64,000 nucleotides of DNA from Amoebidium appalachense (Eukaryota > Protista > Ichthyosporea), in the NCBI GenBank assembly GCA_963693365.1, contig CAVNZM010000001.1, positions 18,856,125 through 18,920,124 on the forward strand, in the 5' to 3' direction. The notes under the pieces are model-generated. The model was given only the letters and a program-made list of their open reading frames with translations, had not been told where the DNA came from and ran no database searches. The position numbers were made by a program, and so were the translations under genes. How positions within the stretch are numbered: the first letter of the stretch is position 1; every line of letters begins with the position of its first letter. Below are positions 24,650 to 38,099 of this stretch, piece after piece.

Positions 24650-24801
24650 GGGGGGCAGAGGGATCATCAGAGGGGTGAAAGCATAACGGTCCATGTACCA
24701 GTGAGTGTGCTTGGGAAATCGTGGAGAACTGTTATGCCTGAAATTAGATGGTGGGTGTGCGCATGTGTGTCTGTGTGTGTTGGGGGAAAGGAGGTGGAGA
24801 G

Positions 24802-24866
<65 letters not shown>

Positions 24867-25043
24867 TGGTGGTAGACTGGATCTTGGTGGCGGTACTTAA
24901 TGGTTATTATAGTAGTGGCAGGAGGGTGTGGGGGGAAGGGCAAACGGACGTGCAGGGGACAAACTGCAGATGGGGCACAAAGGGGAAAGAAGGTGAAAGT
25001 TGGTGCAATGACTTGGAGGGTTTGCGCGCGCCGGGAGGCGGGG

Positions 25044-25082
<39 letters not shown>

Positions 25083-25517
25083 AACGGCCGGAGATGGGTG
25101 TGTAGCGTTTTTGAGATGGGAAAAGCCATACAGACTTACGAAAATACAGAGAGGTGAGATGAACACGAGGGACTAGAGGGAATGGGGGGGATGGTCCTGA
25201 TGGGAGGGTGGTGGAGTTCTAACAGTACTTGGGGTTCAGGCAAATACCTGAGTGCCGTGTATACTGAGTTCAGCGACCGCACGGCAAAGTACCAGAGCCT
25301 GGACACGCAGCTCAAGCCCGTAAACAACGTGCTCAAGGCCGACCACACCTTCCAAATTGGGAAGCTCACCGGCATCAATGGGGAGCCTCTGTACCGAGGC
25401 CTATGGACTTGTGTAAACGAGCTTGGCGGTGTGTGGTCCCTCCTCTTCTCCCCCCTCCCCCCACTCTCCCCCAGGCCCCCTTCCCCCCCTCCCCCCCCCC
25501 CCCACACACGCCCACCC

Positions 25518-25548
<31 letters not shown>

Positions 25549-25806
25549 ACGCCCCCCCCTCCCCCCCTCCCCCCCTCCCCCCTCCCTAGGGCCTTTAAAT
25601 CTCTTAGGCTCCACATTTAATGAGGTGGCACACTGTGAGTAGAGGTTTGTAGTATGTGGGTTTTGGGGACAATTCTTGCCCTGTCGAGCAAAAACTAGGA
25701 AGCTCCAGATATGTGTGTATGTGTTTTTGCTGGGTAGAGATTGGGGTGGGCTGGGGTGGAGCTTTCTTTTGGCGGGGAATCGGGGGGGGGGGGGGGGGGG
25801 GGGGGG

Positions 25807-25852
<46 letters not shown>

Positions 25853-27468
25853 AGCTTCTGCCAAGCAGAATGGGAGTAGGGGCCAGTGATTGCAAGGGAT
25901 GCAGGGGGGGGGGGGGGGGGGGGGGGGGAGAGACACCACCGTCGGGGTTGAAGGTAGAGAGGGCAAGAGGCCCGGGGTGGGGTGGGGGGGGGGGGGGGGG
26001 GGGACAGTAGGTGCCATATGGAGGGCTGTCCCATGGTTTGGGGGGAGGGGGAGTGGGGAAGGATCGTGGGCACATGGGTTTGGGGGGAAGGCAGAGAGGG
26101 GGAAAGGATTGTGATCACAAGGGTTTAGGGGGAGGAAGGGGGAAGGATTGTAGGTACATGGGTTTAGGGGGGGAGGGGGGGGGAAGATTTTGGGGGAAAG
26201 GGAGGCCTGGGGAAAGTATGTGGGCACATGGGTTTGGGGGGAAGGAGGGGGAAGGGTTTTGGGGGAGAGGGAGGGGAAAGTATGTGGGCACATGGGTTTG
26301 GGGGGAGGGAGGGGGAAAGGATTGTGTGGGCACTGAAGTCTCGTGAAGGGCCATGTGGTAAGGGAAGCTAGAACATGCATGGCTGCTCGGAGATGCCCTC
26401 TCACACAGTGCGGCACCCCAGAGATCCGGGCGCAGGTATTTACACGGGACTGCAGCCACCAGGAGATTGAGCCCGTGATCCAGCGCATCTCTGCCACCAC
26501 GGCGGCGCTCAACAGCAAGGGCCCGGCCTTCTTCTACACAGATCGGTGCTGCCAAGACCGGGCGTTTGTTGAGCGCATGTTTCCAACCCTAGCCCGGCCA
26601 AAATGCCCCGTCCGTCTGAACGAGGCTGCGCTGGTAAGCGTGACGGACGGTCTGCCTGGGCTGGAGCTGCCGGCCAACTACCCTAAGCCGGTGTACACCG
26701 ACTGCCAGGGGGCGGTGGTGGCTACAGCGGCCATTCGTGCCGACCTGGAGGGGCAGCAGCACCGCGTGGTGGGGCTGGACTGCGAGTGGGTCTATCGGGT
26801 GGGCCAGGCGCGGTCCAAGGTTTGCACGCTGCAGATTGCCACCGCACGGGCCGTGTACATCTTCCACTTGGCACGCATGGGCCCCAACCACAGCCCGCCC
26901 GCGCGGCTGGTGGACGAGCTGATTGCGCTGCTTAGGGACCCCAGCATCATCAAGGTGGGCAAGCAGATCGGCACGGACTCGGCCCACCTCAACAAGGACT
27001 ACGGCACCCCTGTGGCCAGCTATCTGGAGCTGGGCCGGTTCTGCTATGCCCGTGCAGCTATCACCTCTGCGGCCCGGGGCTTGGCCGACATCACTGCCCA
27101 GGTCATAGGCAAGAAGCTGCCCAAGCCGGCACTTGTTCGATGCTCCAACTGGCACGAGCCGCTATCAGAGGTGCAGGCCACCTACGCTGCCCTTGATGCA
27201 TATGCGTCCCTGCAGGTCTACTCGGCCGTGGTCGATAGGCCAAACCTGTCAGGTGTGTATCCCACCTGCTTTTTGCCCCAGTGCTTATGTGCTTATGCCA
27301 GATATAGAAAGATTGTGGGCCCCCCAGAGGGAGAGGGGAGGGGGAGGGAGGGGGGGGGGGGGGGGGGGGGGGGGGGTGGCTGACCACATGGGCCAGTGTT
27401 CCAGTTGTGTTATGCTGGGTGTCGGGTGGCTATCAAAGGAGGGGGTGATTGGTGGTGGTGGTGGTGGT

Positions 27469-27504
<36 letters not shown>

Positions 27505-28545
27505 CTATAGCACTGTTAACACGTGCAAGTGCCACACAAGCTGGGCACTGGGAGAGGGGGGGGGGGAGGGAGAAGGGGGGGGGGGGGGGGGGGAGAGGGG
27601 GGGTTGCTAAGGAATATGCATTTGATTTTTGTGGAGCGAAGAGAAAAACGTTGGTGCTGTGGCTTTTTGGCTGAGTTTTTTGCTTCCCTCTATGACATGC
27701 AGCGCGGCTTCATGCAAAGGCACTCGGTGAAGGGGTTGAGATTGTGCCCCGGCGGGGCCCACATGCTGCAGCAGCCACCGGGGTGGTGCTGGCTGTGCAG
27801 CCGGAGCGCTGGGGGGGCATGAAGGTGGGCAAGAAGCATGCTGTGGTGCGGGTGGATCAGGTGCTGTCGCCGGCCATGCAGGTGCCCTTTGGCCCCGACA
27901 AGGGCAAGACCCTGGGAGAGCTGGGCCCGCCGCCCTTTGAGCTGATGGTGCACCTGCAGTGGCTACGGCCCATTCAGCCCCCACCGGACCCAGGTGCCGA
28001 GGTGCCGGTGGTCCCTGACCCAGCCCCTCCCCCTGCCAGTCCTCCCCCTGCCGAGCAGCAGCAACCCCTTGCCGGCCCACAGGCACCCCCCCAGGACCCC
28101 CAGGCAGCCCCGGGGGCCTTGAGGCAGCCCCAGGGGGACCCGAGGCAGCTCCCAGAGAGGGCATGTTGGGCCAGGCACCGCCTGGGGAGGTGGTGTGGCA
28201 GACTGTGCTGAATGACGCCTTCCACTCCATTGCAAACACGGCGGACGGCACGTACAAGTCACACCCCCGCAGGGCTGAGTACGCACGCGCACTCAGCGAG
28301 GCAATATTTGTGTGGAATGAAGAGGATTACGGACATGTGAAGGTGCCCCCCCCCCCTCCCCCCCCCCCAAAATAAAAAATAAAAAATAAAAATAAAAAAA
28401 ACGGCAACAACAACATGCGTGACTGACGCGCACACACACATACACTCGTTAGCACACACTCACCATTCCACCCACAACCATGCACACCTTCGACAAAACT
28501 TCTGAGGGAAGAGAGAGAGCCTGAGCCTCAGAGAGAGGGGGGGAA

Positions 28546-28592
<47 letters not shown>

Positions 28593-29166
28593 GGGGGGAG
28601 GAGAGTGGGGGTTATTCATATGCCTAGAGAGAAATAATGTAGGGTTGTGGGGGGAAATAGCCACATGCATTTTTTACTTGTGTTGGGGGAGAAGATGGGG
28701 GGGGTGGAGGGGAGGGGTCCTACAATAACGGCAGGTATCAAAGTCTACCAAACCCAAATTGCAGTGTGCGTAGTAAATTAATATTGGCATCCTGCCTCAC
28801 AGGGGGTGCTGGAGCAGAAGGGCATCGACATTGAAACCGAGCTCAAGGGCGGCGACCTGAGCTACTTCATGGAGCGCATCCGGCGGGTTATTCCCGACCC
28901 ATACACGCTGGTCTCGCGGCTGGTGGAGTTCAAAAACACCTACAAGGATGTGCCGCCCGGACCGGATGGCAAGCCTCTGTTCAAGAAGGATGGCTTTGAA
29001 AGACTCGAGGCAACATCCCCCCCCCCCCCCCCCCTCCCCCTGCAGGCGCCCAACAACTCCACCACCACAGAAAAGATTCTTCGCTTATTTGTCATCCTTG
29101 GTTCATCTGCACACACACGCACACCCTAGCCTCCCCCCCCCCCCCCCCCCCCCCCCCCCCAAACAT

Positions 29167-29236
<70 letters not shown>

Positions 29237-29308
29237 CCCGCACGGCCCTTGCTGCCTAGCCAGTTGTTTTTTGCCTTTCCCTGCTCGTTTTTTTCCTTAG
29301 CAACCCCA

Positions 29309-29357
<49 letters not shown>

Positions 29358-31026
29358 ACACACATACACACACACTACCACCACCACCACCCACCCATCT
29401 CTCTGATGTTTGCTTGTGCCCCCACAGTCGCTGCTCGAACACGCCCAAAATGGCTGTCTGTCGGACCCCCCCGGCCTGCCCCTCTACTACGAGACCACTG
29501 CCGACGCAGATGGGCTCATGCGCTACCGCTGCATCCGGGGCACCAACGAGGTGGAGGGGGCAGTGCACAACCCCCTGGCCACCCACTTTGGGGCCACACG
29601 CATGTCGCTGCGCCTGCTGGACGCCACCATGTCCAATAGGCGCCACCGCCACAACCTGCGTGCACACTACCGCAACCGCCTGGGCCAGGCATCGGGGCCC
29701 CCCCACTACAGCCCCTGGATTGTTGACGACATGGAGGCACTGGCGCTGATGCTGTACGGCCATCACCTCGACCCCCAGTGGGTACCCGTAGGCTGCTACA
29801 AGCTACCGGAGGAGTACTTCAACTTTGCCCCGCTCTCCTGTGTGGCCAATGCCCCGGCGCAGGAGCCAGTTGCGGTGCCCGCACCCCCACCTCCGTCTGA
29901 TAACATCGAGCCTGCAGCCAATGGCGTGATGGGCGGGCCAGAGGACTGTGAGGTCGAGGAGGGTGACGGTGCTGCCATGGGGGGGGGCAACCAGGTGGCG
30001 CGTGGTGCACCACAGCCGGACCCTGCACTGAGGGGCGACTACAAGTTCCTGGCGCAGAAGCAACATGTGGCCATCCCCTTCCTTCCGGTGCTTACCCCTC
30101 AGGAGCGCAAGCTATTCAGCACGCTGCTCCTGGGCACCTACAAGGCACATGCAAAGCCCAACGGCCAGCTGTTCGAGGCTTTGGCCCAAGACTTCAACAA
30201 GGCTGCCTCTGTGGCTGGGGGAATCTACATGAAGGATGCGGCCTACATCAAGAAGCATTTCGACAAGTGGAAGACCTGGCAGACGGCACATGCACAGCGC
30301 TCCACACACGAGGGCCTGGCAGATCACCGCAAGCGTATGCGCGAGGAGAGGGCAGACGCTGTGCCAGCAACCATACGGCCTGCCCCCTTGCCACCCCTCC
30401 CTGTTCCAGACGGTGTCGATGCAGGGGCGCAGCGTGAGCGGCCCTTGCCCATGCTAGTGGGCAAAAAGCATCGCAACATTGGCCCTGAGGGGCCCCTGCA
30501 GATGGATTTGCCGGTGCCCCCTCCTATGCAGCCACCCCAGAGAGCCCCCAAGACCTGCAAGACGTGTGGCCGCCAGGGCAAGGGCTGCCCCGGCTCCAAT
30601 CGGGCCAAGAGCTGCCCACGTTGGGTTGCAGCCAATCAGGATGCCATGCCACCAGCACCCGCGCTTGACATGCAGCAGGGCCATGTGCCGCACATGCCCC
30701 CTGCACCCCATCCAGGCCCGCACCACCCACATGGCTGGCCCCCACCGTGGGGCATCATGCCGCCTCAGCCCGGCCCTGCCTTCCCCATGCCTGGGCTACT
30801 GCCGCAGCACGGTCCCCATCCTTACTTGGGCCATGTGGGCCAGCCCTCGGCTGGTGGGCAGTTCCCACCCCCTTCTCGTGCATCTGCTGTGCTGGGCCTG
30901 GCGTTGCCACCTGCTGGAGAGACGCAGCTGCAATGGCACGATCGAAAGCAAAGTAATCGTGGCCGCAAGTCTGCAGGCAGCCAATCAGGATCTCAGAGTA
31001 GTCAGAGTAGCCAAACTAGTGTCTAA
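23106..31026 (+). CDS. Multidomain DDE transposase (DUF6729-type, Mutator-like signature) with an inserted DEDDy 3'-5' exonuclease; 6 exons, ~1538 aa
   Basis: Exons 23106-24255, 25240-25428, 26422-27252, 27703-28342, 28803-29009 and 29428-31026; in frame after adding one G to the G5 run at 28112-28116. Transposase motifs: GGAREGAGRKKK, RRVIDFDSCYYIITARYFC..C..FPAYLSHRSGLD (DUF6729-like), KADHTF (D), YTDRCC (D), NDAFH (DxxH), RGTNEVEG (E), C-terminal CKTC..C..C. Exonuclease motifs: VGLDCEW, IGTD, YAALDA. Confidence 0.8.
26065..26335. repeat. Intronic G-rich minisatellite
   Basis: About six imperfect copies of GGGCACATGGGTTTGGGGG-purine tract in intron 2 of the transposase gene. Confidence 0.7.
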
Positions 31027-31105
31027 TATTGGAATGTACACCAATGTAACGGATCTCATATGTGTTGTAGTGCTTCAAGTTATACCTGTTCTTCGTACAG
31101 TCATG

Positions 31106-31140
<35 letters not shown>

Positions 31141-31466
31141 CTAGCTTTCATTCCGAAGTTTACTGTAAAGAATTAAAATTTAGAATCTGAGTAATAGTAC
31201 AGAGCCTTTGCACTTTTCTCTGTTTGTTAGGAATTCTTTGTGATCGAGAGTATGGTGTGTTAGACTATTGGTGTTAATGTGTCCTGGAAGGTGTATAATG
31301 TCTGCTGGCCGTAGTCAGTATCTATTTTTAGGTATATAGTATATTTTTAAATGTTGGCCGCTGGCCAATAAATAGCAAATAATAAACACACGATAAAGTC
31401 AACAGCGTGCCAAAAAACTAATCCCCAGCGAGCGCACCCAGTGATGTGTGTGTGTGTGTGTGTGTC

Positions 31467-31529
<63 letters not shown>

Positions 31530-32851
31530 CGCGCGTGCGTGCGTGTGTGTGTGTGTGTGCGTGCGTGCGTGCGTGTGTGCGTGTGTGCGTGTGTGCGTGT
31601 GTGCGTGTGTGTGTGTGAGTGTGTGTGTGTGTGTGTGTATGTGTGGTGTGGTGTGTGCGCGGCTTGTACATATGTACGTGTTCATGTGCACCTGTGTCGG
31701 ACCTACGAAGTACATGAAAGTAAATTTTGACAGCATCGATCTGCCGGTGTGTATGTGTATGTGTGCCAGTGCAGCAGGTGTGCCTTGTAACTGATAGCTT
31801 CGCATTTTACGTGTGTGTATATATAGTAGTACGCATAGACACTTGCTGATCATTCGGATCGACATTAATATTTAATCTGTCGGTCCTCGGTTTTTTGAGT
31901 GAATGATGATCAAGTGTAAGAGCATTCACTTGGCAAGTATTAATGTTGCAGAGGCTAGCTGCAGCTGCAAGCGTCGGATGCACACTGACAATTGTCTTTT
32001 CAGCGAGTCTAACCTGCAGGCAGCAGCTGCACACATATAGGGTTGTTATCTTGCGGCACATGCACGGTGATCATTTCAGAGTAATAGAGTTCAGAGCAAT
32101 GAAAATAATGAAAATAACTAAACTTTGTGACTACTTTAAAGTTGCTGAGATCATACGTGGTGCAAGCTGCACTATGAACACATGTATAGTGCTAGTAATT
32201 AATACATTTTTGTTGCCTTCTGCAGGGTTATCGTAGCTACGTCACGGCCTGCACTCAGGGGGGGGGAGGGGGGGGGGGGAGAGGGGGATGATTCGAAGGG
32301 GGTATAAATAAGAACATGCACCTAAAGGTCTTTCCCGTGGATCCTCCCCCCTCCCCCCCACCTCTCCCTCCCCCGGGGCCCCATACTATGATATCTAGGC
32401 CCAATATTATATGCCCCTTCCCCCCCCCCCCCCCCCCCCTCCTCTCCGGATCCCCGGACCCCACTTCCCTACCCGGAGGCTCAAGAGCTCCCCCCTTCCC
32501 CTTCCCCCCCCCTCCCCCCCCCCCCCCAAGGCTTACGGGGGCCCTTCTTCATCGAGGGGGAGGGGGTGGGGGTGGGGGGGGTGGGGGGAGGGGGTGGGGG
32601 GAGGGGGAAGTGGAAGGCGGGGGTGGATGCATGTCAGCCTAGGTGAATTCAATTGTTTAACTCCAGTGTGCAGGACTGGTCTGAAGGCTTAAGAAAACAA
32701 CGAGGAAATGGGGTCCAGTGGAGGTGGTGGTGGTGTTCTGTGTGTGTGTGTACACGTGCACGTATGTGTGTGGTTTTTTTAAGGGGTGAGTGGTGGTGGT
32801 GGTGGTGGTGGTGGTCACCGTGGTGGTGGTGTGTGTGTCTGGTGTGTGTGT

Positions 32852-32902
<51 letters not shown>

Positions 32903-34565
32903 TAGAAAGAAAAACTGCTCGTGGGTCACTGTTTTTCGTCACTGTATTTGTAACGGGCCGCTCATATTTATATAACTACTTTAATTTAAGTACACGTGTT
33001 CATTATCATATACGATGGCCAAATATAGAAATTTTGGCGTCGAAGTTCTTGGAGCTAAAAAAACGTTTAAAAGGGGGAAATAATAGCTTGGCCCCAAATT
33101 TACCTTGCCGTTTTTAGCGAATGTATTTTTTATTCATGAGTTCTAGTGATTCAGTGAGTGCACGTGCCTGCCTCAGGCTGATCATGACAACTGCAACACA
33201 CCATTCCTACATGGATATCAACCAAAAGAAAATAGTATATACTGTGGTGGTCTCCTAAACCTTGTGCGGCATGCGCATACATGATATTACAGTGACGCAT
33301 GTGCATATTATTGTTCTGTACACCGGAGTGTGCCGGTGCACGTGGCTGTTTTGTGCACATGTTACAATAGCAGCACGATCTCCCTAAACTCCATGTTTAC
33401 ACATCCCTCACCCTGGCTCTGCCTTGTCGGTGCTCCAAAACACACATACAAATCCCCCTAGACTCAGTGCCTGCACATGGTCGCATTCACGTGCAGGTCA
33501 CGTGACACATGCGATGCCATACTGCCGTCTACAGCAACAACCACGGCAGCATGTATACCGGCCCAGCACGAAATATACTTATCGGCAGCCCACTGAACTC
33601 GCCCATTTTCTCTTTTTCATGTATGTCCCTCCTTTTTTGTAAAATCACCCTTTTTGGCCTCCCGGTAGTGGATTTTGCAGGATTTGACTTCTTTGAGGTC
33701 CAAAAACCTCAAATTTTCCCCGGCGGGGCCGGGGAGGGAGAATTCAAAAATTGCCCGCTCCTGATATGGTACCCGGGCCGTTTCACTGTTCAGATGACCC
33801 GATGATTCTGGGTCGAATCAAAGAAATTCTCCAAGGTTCGGGTCAAAACTCAAAATGATCATCTTCCTTACGTTGCAAAAAACTACGTAAGCTATCACCT
33901 TTCGTTGATTCGTCATAAGTCATGCATAATCAAAAACGCTGTTTAATGCTTGTGATTGGCTGAGGTGAAGACGTAAGGGCAATGATTGGCCGTGAAGAGA
34001 GCACTTTTAAAGATTGAGATAAAATGGGTTTAAAATATATATCACGTTTGTAGATCGCCGTGACGCATAGTTTAGTATATAGAAAAGAGACACCTCTTTG
34101 TTTTAAACCCTGTTATAACCTCACAATACTACTGGATGGTGCCATACACCTAGGTGTTCCACTCGATCACTCTCCACTGCCTGAGACATGGTTTCTATGC
34201 AGCGGATTTGACGCAGCTTCGTTCTCTTATGCGCCTCTTTTTCCGTGCATGAAAACGAAAATGGAAATGGCACCCATCTGTTCACTATTCAAGAACGCAT
34301 CCGCCCGGCATTAATCAGCGTGGCAGATAGGCAGCGCCGCGAGCAACGCGCCAAATACCTAAAGACATCGGAGAAAATCGACTGCATCATGCCCGATCAG
34401 GCCGAACCCAAACCGATGGGAGTCGTGTGGGGGGATCAGCTGCCCTCGGCCGGAGGAATCGGAGGCGGAGAGCAGCGGTGTGGAGAGTGATGGTGGTGAC
34501 GAATACTCGGATGATCATACAAAAGGGACAGGTGCATAAACATAGGGGAAAGAGGGCGGTAAGGT

Positions 34566-34602
<37 letters not shown>

Positions 34603-34800
34603 CTTTCTGGCTATTTATCTTTTTACTTTAAAAGAAAATGGATATATCTTGATTCACTTTTGTGAACTCGCCGAAACTTTCGATTGGTGCACTTGTAGCA
34701 TTGGTCCAACCTCCTTTTGTGAAATGCAATTTAGCTAAATATCTAAGTTTAAATGTAGATTAGCTGTTAAAGCTAAGATTCCATGTTTACAGCTACCTTA

Positions 34801-35748
34801 GGGCCTGTTTGGCAACCCGGGTTTAGGGTCCTAAATCCGGATTACGGGCGATTTTGGGTTTAGCGCTAAATCCAAATCTCAAAATCCAGCCGCTGCCAAA
34901 CAGACGGCCAGATCCGGTCACGTAAATCTGGGTTTCAAACCCCTCGGACATGGCCGTAATCTGGATTCCACTAATCCACCTCGGGAGGTGGATTAGCGCG
35001 AAATCCTTTCAGGTCCTGAATGTCCGACCCAATGAATGTTCATTTTATGGAACTATATATGGTGTCCTTTTGCACCAATCGTCGATAGTTTGAAGTGGCC
35101 AAAAAAGGATTGTTGAAAGGGCGCCAAACCAAACTTCCGTTGCTGGCAGCATGTGGATACTGAGTGGGCTGCGACAGCTGTGCCTTGAACTGCGACACCT
35201 GCACCAACGCACGGACTTGCACGTGGGGAACGTTATAAAAACAGACACGCACCTCACTTCTCATTCTTTTCCTACCCTCTGCGGCCGTCCAGCCCGAGTC
35301 TTCCAGTAGCACAGTACACTTGTAGATAATCTTGTTTGAACCGACAAGATGCCTGCAAACCTCAACATCGAATCACAGAGTGACAGTCCCCCACAGTCAG
35401 CCAAACCGTCGACTGAGGCGGTTGAAAAGACACGTATGAGATTTACGGGAGAAGAAAGCAAGTTCGTTGTAGACGATTTTCTTAGCCTCTCACTCAGGAA
35501 ACTTGATTCGGGAGGCAAGAGCCTTAAAAAGGCTCAATGGAATGGAATGGCCGGTCGTTTCCATGAACAGCAGGGCAAATCTAACCCGAAATCGTACGTG
35601 GGCTGTTTGGCATCCATGGGTTATCTACCCGGCTTAACCCAGGTTTCGGCTGAGATCCGGATTCTGCAGCATAATCTGGATCTCGATTTTGATATCCAGA
35701 TATCCCCCGAAATCCAGATTACACTAACCCGCGTTGCCAAACAGGCCC
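34801..35748 (+). mobile_element. Non-autonomous PIF/Harbinger element with a truncated Myb/SANT-like ORF
   Basis: TIRs GGGCCTGTTTGGCAAC / GTTGCCAAACAGGCCC; TTA TSD at 34798-34800 and 35749-35751; subterminal AATCC/GGATT repeats. ORF from 35349 (RMRFTGEESKFVVDDFL...LKKAQWNGMAGRF) resembles the Harbinger DNA-binding protein. Confidence 0.9.
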
Positions 35749-36696
35749 TTAATGGTTTTGATGTGCATAAATTAGCTGTTGATGCATCTAATAGTCCCAA
35801 TGTAAGTCACTGTTAATGCAAGTCACTGTTAATGCATCTGTATACTGAGTTCTCATGATAGGTAGAATTTAGAAAGCTGTGAAAGTGTTGTATTTTTCGA
35901 GCTGCTGGTGTTCTAACACTATGAGATGTGGTGGGGGGCTTGTCCTTTACCTAAGTCACCATTGCAACGATCATACAATAACGGTCAGAATGCTACACGC
36001 CAACACACTTTATAGGTACATGCTCACAACGAGATTAGCTCCATAATTTTGCACACAGATGTGATACAGACAATAAAGCATCATCCTAACATACAGTTTC
36101 ACAACATGTCTCTTGCCAATTCAGAGTTGAACCCCCCCAACCCCCCTCCTCCCCTCCTCCCCCCCCACCCCCTTCCCCTCATCAACTCTCCTGGGCCAGG
36201 CCTCGGCGTACCAACCCACCTTCAGTGTCTCTCCTCTTTGCCCCTCCCCCCCCCCCCCCTCCCCCCCCCCCCCCCCCAACCTTCACCCAAGGCTTCCCCT
36301 CGCTTCCCCTTTCAACCCTCCCTATTGGGTCCACGACAACTGCTTGGTGGGTTTGATTGGAACTCTTTGCGTATGGAGGTGATTATTTTAATGTTGCCGA
36401 TATTTGGGTTCTGGCCGTAGTAGATGGTTTGAACGTCTATGTTTTCGGGGGCTGGCTACAATTGTGCACAAATGAGATTGATTTTTGCCCCCCCCCCCCC
36501 CCCCTCCCCTGTGGGGGGCCCCCGTCGTACTTAAGGAAAAAGAGAAACGAGAGAACAAGGGTGATGATTATGTGAGAACGGGCTGGAATATGTGCCACGT
36601 GCAAATGACTATCAGTGCGCATCCCTGTGTGTAATTATCCTTTTGCCATGCGCATTGATGTAGCCGCTGTGCTGTGATATGTCTCGTCTCCACATC

Positions 36697-36728
<32 letters not shown>

Positions 36729-36869
36729 ACCCCCCCCCCGCCCCCCTCCCCCCGCCTCCCCGGACCTCCACCCTTTCCTATTCCGATCTCTCTTCCCCGG
36801 GCCATCCGACTATCCCGTGCATGCTACCAAAAGGTGGTTGTTTGGGCTCGGCAAGGAGGGGTCAGGGAT

Positions 36870-36920
36870 AAGTGTTTCTTTGCACTCAGGGCGCAGGGCA
36901 AGAGGGGGAGGGGGTGGAGG

Positions 36921-36963
<43 letters not shown>

Positions 36964-37089
36964 GTTTAGGTAAGGGATATATAAGGGAGTTGGGAGAAGG
37001 GGGGGGGGGGGGGGGGGGGGGAGACGGGTAAAAGCAGGTTAGGACAAGTCAGGGGGGATGAGGTTGGGAGGAGGGGAAGGGAAGCAGGT

Positions 37090-37123
<34 letters not shown>

Positions 37124-37231
37124 AGGGGGGGGGAAGGGGGGGGGGGGGGCATTGACGGGAATCCGCTTTGATGGCTGGGAATGAAGGTAGAAACGGGGGT
37201 TTTTTTGTTTTGTTTTGTTTTTTGTTCTTTT

Positions 37232-37270
<39 letters not shown>

Positions 37271-37569
37271 CTCATAGGGTGTCCCGGGGTTCTGAATGCA
37301 AGTGAGGTAAGCTAGAGCCTGGGGGATTCTCCGGAGCAAAAATGGAACACAATATGTACCACATGCATGTACACACAAGTGTGTGTCCCTGTGCACGTGT
37401 GTAGTTATTCTTGGGTCCTGTACATGTGTATTGCCGTAGCCATGGTGCTGCCATATGTGCTCTTCCTCCTCCGCCCCACTTTTCCCCATCAAAATTTGAC
37501 ATTTGTGTGCTTAGAACATAGAAGTGAAATTGAACCCCTAATTTAAATTCTTTTTTTGTGTGTGTGTGT

Positions 37570-37628
<59 letters not shown>

Positions 37629-38057
37629 GGGGGGAAGGGAGAAGGGGCGAATGGCGAGGGCTGAATGATGGAACCCTTGGGGCTGTGGGATTGGGACGTC
37701 CACACCCCAGGGGGGAGGGGGGGGAGGGGGGGAAAAGGAAAAAGAAAAGAATGTGAAGCAATGAACGGAGGATCCAGGGAAATGTCGGTAGGGGTAGGTT
37801 TTAACTATGATTGCTTGAAAGTGAATCATCGATAAGTCCTCGAGGGGTTAGGCATTCTGTCCCACAATCAGAGTCACAGCTTTGTGCATTCACCCCAACT
37901 CATTTCACTCCCGTGAGTCGGGTGACCACACACACAAGATGCATGCCACTATGGTGGTTGCAAGGTCTGGGCCTAGCATCCTGGCTGCTAAAAGCAACCC
38001 TAACCGGTAAAAGGTCACCTATGACAAATGCTGAACAATCCTTGCCTGACCCTCCCT

Positions 38058-38099
<42 letters not shown>

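Noticed and set aside
22290-33805. Possible TIR pair TCGGGTCAACT / AGATGACCCGA around the transposase
   Set aside because: 10/11 match only, does not extend, and no TSD found
34245-34490. Short ORF downstream of CCAAT boxes at ~33953 and ~33983
   Set aside because: No recognisable domain or splice partners; insufficient support
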